A stretch of 26,094 bases of DNA from an uncultured virus (IMG/VR IMGVR_UViG_3300033142_001620). Taxonomy: Duplodnaviria; Heunggongvirae; Uroviricota; Caudoviricetes. Location of the stretch: IMG/VR virus record IMGVR_UViG_3300033142_001620. One strand, 5' to 3'. This document shows, in pieces, positions 25,779-26,094 of this stretch (positions are counted from its first letter, which is position 1; every line of letters starts with the position of its first letter). A program made the position numbers and the translations under genes. The notes under the pieces were generated by a model. That model did not search any database, was not told where the DNA came from, and saw nothing but the letters and a program-made list of their open reading frames with translations.

Positions 25779-26094
25779 CGTTCTTTGACATAGAAGCTTT
25801 TTTTAGTAGCAAGCTTAATATTACAATAGTGACGGAATATCGCTTTTATAAAGCATAAAGATTAAATTGTTACTTTGAGTATATTTTAATCGTTTTAGCA
25901 TACTCCACAGGACAAGCAAACGCAGTGAGCGATATTTGATTGAAGCGGAAAAGCAAACTATTAAAAAATTCGATAAGCACACTTTAGAAAAGATTTTACA
26001 AATAGTCTTTTTTATTGCTGTAACAGGATTGCAAAAATAATATTAGTCAATTCGTGCTTCGTAAATTTTCTTACTTTTTTTACTTCCGTAAAAA

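Noticed and set aside
1..26094. Stop-codon reassignment (alternative genetic code)
   Set aside because: Long genes are intact in the standard code, and TAA, TAG and TGA are all used as coupled stops.
24250..26094. tRNA, integrase or attachment site
   Set aside because: No cloverleaf or T-loop consensus and no recombinase was recognised, so prophage versus free phage cannot be decided from this window.

Overview
The window is the complete virion-morphogenesis module of an AT-rich tailed (siphovirus-like) phage or prophage, almost entirely on the minus strand. Read right to left it encodes terminase small and large subunits, portal, prohead protease with a nested scaffold start, head decoration protein, major capsid, head-tail joining proteins, tail tube, a tail assembly chaperone with a -1 frameshift, tape measure, a distal-tail-like protein, a 1430-aa tail-tip/adhesin, a further tail protein, and a GT4 glycosyltransferase that runs off the left edge and is absent from the ORF track. 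The most striking signal is a candidate phage-encoded virion O-glycosylation system. The capsid, a head-closure-like protein and the tail tube each end in a 13-residue Ser/Thr tag plus one small terminal residue, and the tail tip carries 65- and 139-aa mucin-like Ser/Thr tracts. A GT4 gene closes the run and a degenerate GT2-like gene sits among the neck genes. Other points are a tail domain apparently split across two genes, a repeated LKLRKK peptide in three head/packaging proteins and a non-canonical terminase Walker B. At the right end a ~1.4-kb non-coding AT-rich stretch precedes a plus-strand promoter driving a 28-aa hydrophobic peptide whose RBS can be sequestered by a perfect 17-bp inverted repeat (type I toxin-like), followed by a possibly structured RNA. 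All functional calls come from motif recognition and gene order, not database searches.
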